DNA of 63,247 bases, counting the filler, from a bacterium (GTDB taxonomy: Bacteria > JALSQH01), in the NCBI GenBank assembly GCA_026985515.1. It is 11 parts of 11 records of this genome, joined end to end, with 100 filler letters (N's around TTAATTAATTAA, not from the genome) between each part and the next. Parts side by side here need not be neighbours in the genome. Positions count along the whole stretch, not along the records: positions 61,043 to 63,247 come from JALSQH010000182.1; 10 more parts are not named here. One strand, written 5' to 3'. How positions within the stretch are numbered: the stretch's first letter is position 1; the number at the start of each line of letters is the position of its first letter. The translations under genes and the position numbers were made by a program. Shown here piece after piece: positions 61,044 through 63,247 of the stretch. The notes below the pieces were generated by a model. The model was not told the origin of the DNA. It did no database searches and worked only from the letters and a program-made list of their open reading frames with translations.

Positions 61044-62015
61044 AGCAACAGAGAGTATTACAGAGTTTTTCTACCATCAACGGATTATCCTTCCATTGTT
61101 GTTATGGTTCTGAATGAAGACCGGTTGGCTGTGAGCGAAGAGATAGAAGATTCACAGGATATAGAAATAGATGAACATCCTTTTGTCAATGTCCGTAAAC
61201 TTCTCTCTGAGATTGGAATCAATGTGCCAGAGATTCTTTTCTTCCATGAAAAGATGGGAGTAATGGGATTGCAGGATGTTGGTGACTGTATTCTTGAAAA
61301 CTATGTTAAAAATGGTAATCCTTTCAGGAAATACTATGAAGATGCTGTGGATATTCTTGTGAAGCTCCACACCGGGAAGGTTGATGGTAAAAAGTATATT
61401 CCTTTCAGGAAAAAATTTGGTTTTAACCTTTTCTTCTGGGAATTTGAGCATTATCTTGAATATGGACTTGAGGAAAATGGCTTCGAAATAACTCCAGAGG
61501 AGAGGGAATCTCTTTTAATGATGTTTCACGAGCTTTCTGCGAGATATGTGACATATCCCTATGCTCTGACGCACCGCGATTTCCACAGCAGAAATCTCAT
61601 GATTTTTGATGAGAAAATTTATGTAATAGATTTTCAGGATGCATTGATGGGACCATGGCATTATGATCTTGCCTCATTTTTAAGAGACGCCTATGTGGAA
61701 ATTGAGGATGATTTTATGGATGAACTGATTGAAAGATATCTTCATGGAATGAAGAGGGAATTGGGGGTGGAAATTGATAGAGATAAATTCAGGCAGGATT
61801 TTGAACTCATGGCTTTTCAGAGAAATCTAAAAGCAATTGGAAGATTTTACTATTTGAAAATGGTTAAGGGAAAACCCCATCTTGTTAAGTATGTTCCAAC
61901 CCTCTATAAATATGTCTTCAAGTATATCGATAAGTATCCCCAGCTTGAACCACTTGGAAATGTACTTGACAGGAATAAAAATCTGTTGAAGAAATTACTT
62001 ATGAATCCATCCTGA
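61044..62015 (+). CDS. APH-family phosphotransferase, AmgK-like anomeric MurNAc/GlcNAc kinase (5' truncated)
   Basis: SNREYYR, QDVGD, HRDFHSRNLM, IDFQDA, YDLAS-x-LRD and QR-x-LKA-x-G-x-F motifs. Confidence 0.88.
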   Translation, partial: SNREYYRVFLPSTDYPSIVVMVLNEDRLAVSEEIEDSQDIEIDEHPFVNVRKLLSEIGINVPEILFFHEKMGVMGLQDVGDCILENYVKNGNPFRKYYEDAVDILVKLHTGKVDGKKYIPFRKKFGFNLFFWEFEHYLEYGLEENGFEITPEERESLLMMFHELSARYVTYPYALTHRDFHSRNLMIFDEKIYVIDFQDALMGPWHYDLASFLRDAYVEIEDDFMDELIERYLHGMKRELGVEIDRDKFRQDFELMAFQRNLKAIGRFYYLKMVKGKPHLVKYVPTLYKYVFKYIDKYPQLEPLGNVLDRNKNLLKKLLMNPS

Positions 62016-62936
62016 TATATGCACCACTCTGGTTCCATTCCTGTCTTGAATGAGTAGTTCTTTTTCTGGTACTGTTTTCCCGATAATAGTAAGAGTCGTT
62101 TGAAAATTCCACTCACTTTTCAGCTCCTTCAGGCGGTCAGGGGAAATGGTAAATAATAACTGATAATCCTCCCCTCCCCAGTAAATCTTATTTTTAAGCT
62201 GAGGAAATTTCTCTGAGAAGTCTATGAATTCTCTGGATCTTGGAATATTCTCTACTTCCACAATTGCTCCACATCCACTGAGTTGAGTAATTCTCCACAG
62301 ATCAATTAGCAGACCATCACTTATGTCTATCATGGATGAAGCAAATTTGCCAATTTTTCTTGCTTCCTCTGTTAATACGGGAGGATCGGTAAAAGCTTTG
62401 ACAAGTTTTTCCCACTTTTCAGACCTTATGCCATTCAAGAGGATTTGCACTCCTGCCGCAGCATCTCCAATATTACCTGTAATAACAATGAGTTCCCCAG
62501 GTTTTGCACCACTTCTCGTTACAGGTTTACCACTTTCTCCTATCAGGGTAATGGCAGCAGAAAATTTATCTGATGAACTGATGTTTCCACCAATTATTTC
62601 AATGCCAGAAATATTTGCCTGCTCTCTGATTCCGCGGAAAAACTCTTCTATCTCCTGATCGGTGAATTTGCCCATGTTCAGTGCTACCAGTCCATATATG
62701 GGGACTCCACCCATTGCTGAAATATCACTTATGTTGATAATCAGAGATCTTCTACCCAGCTGAAGGGGTGACAACCACTTCTTTTTAAAGTGAACATCTT
62801 CAACAATTGTATCCACAGTAAGAAGTAAGAAATTATCTCCAGCTTCAATAACTGCAGCGTCATCCCCAATCCCGATTTTTGCTTTCTGGGCTGGAAAGAG
62901 TTTTTCTATCTCTTTGATAAGCTTGAGTTCATCCAT
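61995..62936 (-). CDS. thiL: Thiamine-monophosphate kinase
   Basis: GIGDDAA, HF, NISDISAMGG, GGN, RSGAKPG, IDISDGL and GGEDYQL motifs. Confidence 0.96.
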   Translation of the reverse strand: MDELKLIKEIEKLFPAQKAKIGIGDDAAVIEAGDNFLLLTVDTIVEDVHFKKKWLSPLQLGRRSLIINISDISAMGGVPIYGLVALNMGKFTDQEIEEFFRGIREQANISGIEIIGGNISSSDKFSAAITLIGESGKPVTRSGAKPGELIVITGNIGDAAAGVQILLNGIRSEKWEKLVKAFTDPPVLTEEARKIGKFASSMIDISDGLLIDLWRITQLSGCGAIVEVENIPRSREFIDFSEKFPQLKNKIYWGGEDYQLLFTISPDRLKELKSEWNFQTTLTIIGKTVPEKELLIQDRNGTRVVHISGWIHK

Positions 62937-62937
62937 C

Positions 62938-63247
62938 TCAGATATTCAGAATTTCCTGGATCTTTGTGAGAAGTTCAGTTATATCAAATGGCTTCACTAT
63001 ATATCCTTCCACACCAATGTCAAACGCCTTCAAAGCATTGGTGAAATCGAGGGAAGCTGTAATCATACATATCGGGATCTTTTTCTTTAATTCATATCTG
63101 ATAATTCTTCCCACTTCAATTCCATCTATGTCGTCCATCATTATGTCAAGCAGTATGAGGTCATAGTCATTATTTTTAACTTTTTCTATTGCTTCTCTTC
63201 CGCTGAGTGCAGAATCTGTTGAAAATCCTTCTGTTTCCAGCAGGGTT
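62938..63247 (-). CDS. Response-regulator receiver domain (5' end outside window)
   Basis: Extended frame SGREAIE...DLILLDIMM...DG...ITA...GYIVKPF. Confidence 0.92.
   Translation of the reverse strand, partial: TLLETEGFSTDSALSGREAIEKVKNNDYDLILLDIMMDDIDGIEVGRIIRYELKKKIPICMITASLDFTNALKAFDIGVEGYIVKPFDITELLTKIQEILNI

Noticed and set aside
61995-62015. Convergent 3' overlaps or abutments (AmgK-like/thiL, PMM/GT4, 39526/39527)
   Set aside because: Common in compact genomes; no evidence of a special function
1-63247. tRNA, rRNA, riboswitch, CRISPR array, retron/DGR or prophage genes
   Set aside because: No cloverleaf, repeat-spacer array, reverse transcriptase or phage hallmark seen by eye; small ncRNAs cannot be excluded without an Infernal/Rfam scan

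Overview
This window is not contiguous. It joins 11 contig pieces with ten identical 100-bp artificial spacers (N44-TTAATTAATTAA-N44), so gene context only holds within a piece. Most pieces look like one diderm bacterium, probably Myxococcota/deltaproteobacteria-like (inferred from gene content). Recognisable genes include fbp, mazG, uvrB, glnE, mtnA, thiL, an AmgK-like kinase, an RluA-family synthase, cyclic-nucleotide signalling genes, lipid enzymes, a surface-glycosylation cluster and a gspC-J type II secretion operon. There is also one intact IS3-like element beside a toxin-antitoxin pair, one internally deleted IS, and many uncharacterised lipoproteins. Four observations stand out. (1) An 8.4-kb all-hypothetical exported-protein locus (25435-33830) has an unannotated orphan copy of the 1203-aa protein's C-terminus in front of a second, diverged paralog of its partner lipoprotein, a cassette-array layout reminiscent of polymorphic systems. 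(2) A 705-aa BPI/LBP-like (TULIP) protein carries a Cys+TM sorting tail. (3) A surface-anchored papain-like peptidase gene has a (CTCA)6 tract in its signal-peptide region plus two further frame lesions. (4) A class III PLP enzyme is coupled to a DUF6206-like protein with protein-kinase-like motifs. No rRNA, tRNA or CRISPR array was recognised. All family calls are by-eye motif recognition; no database searches were run.
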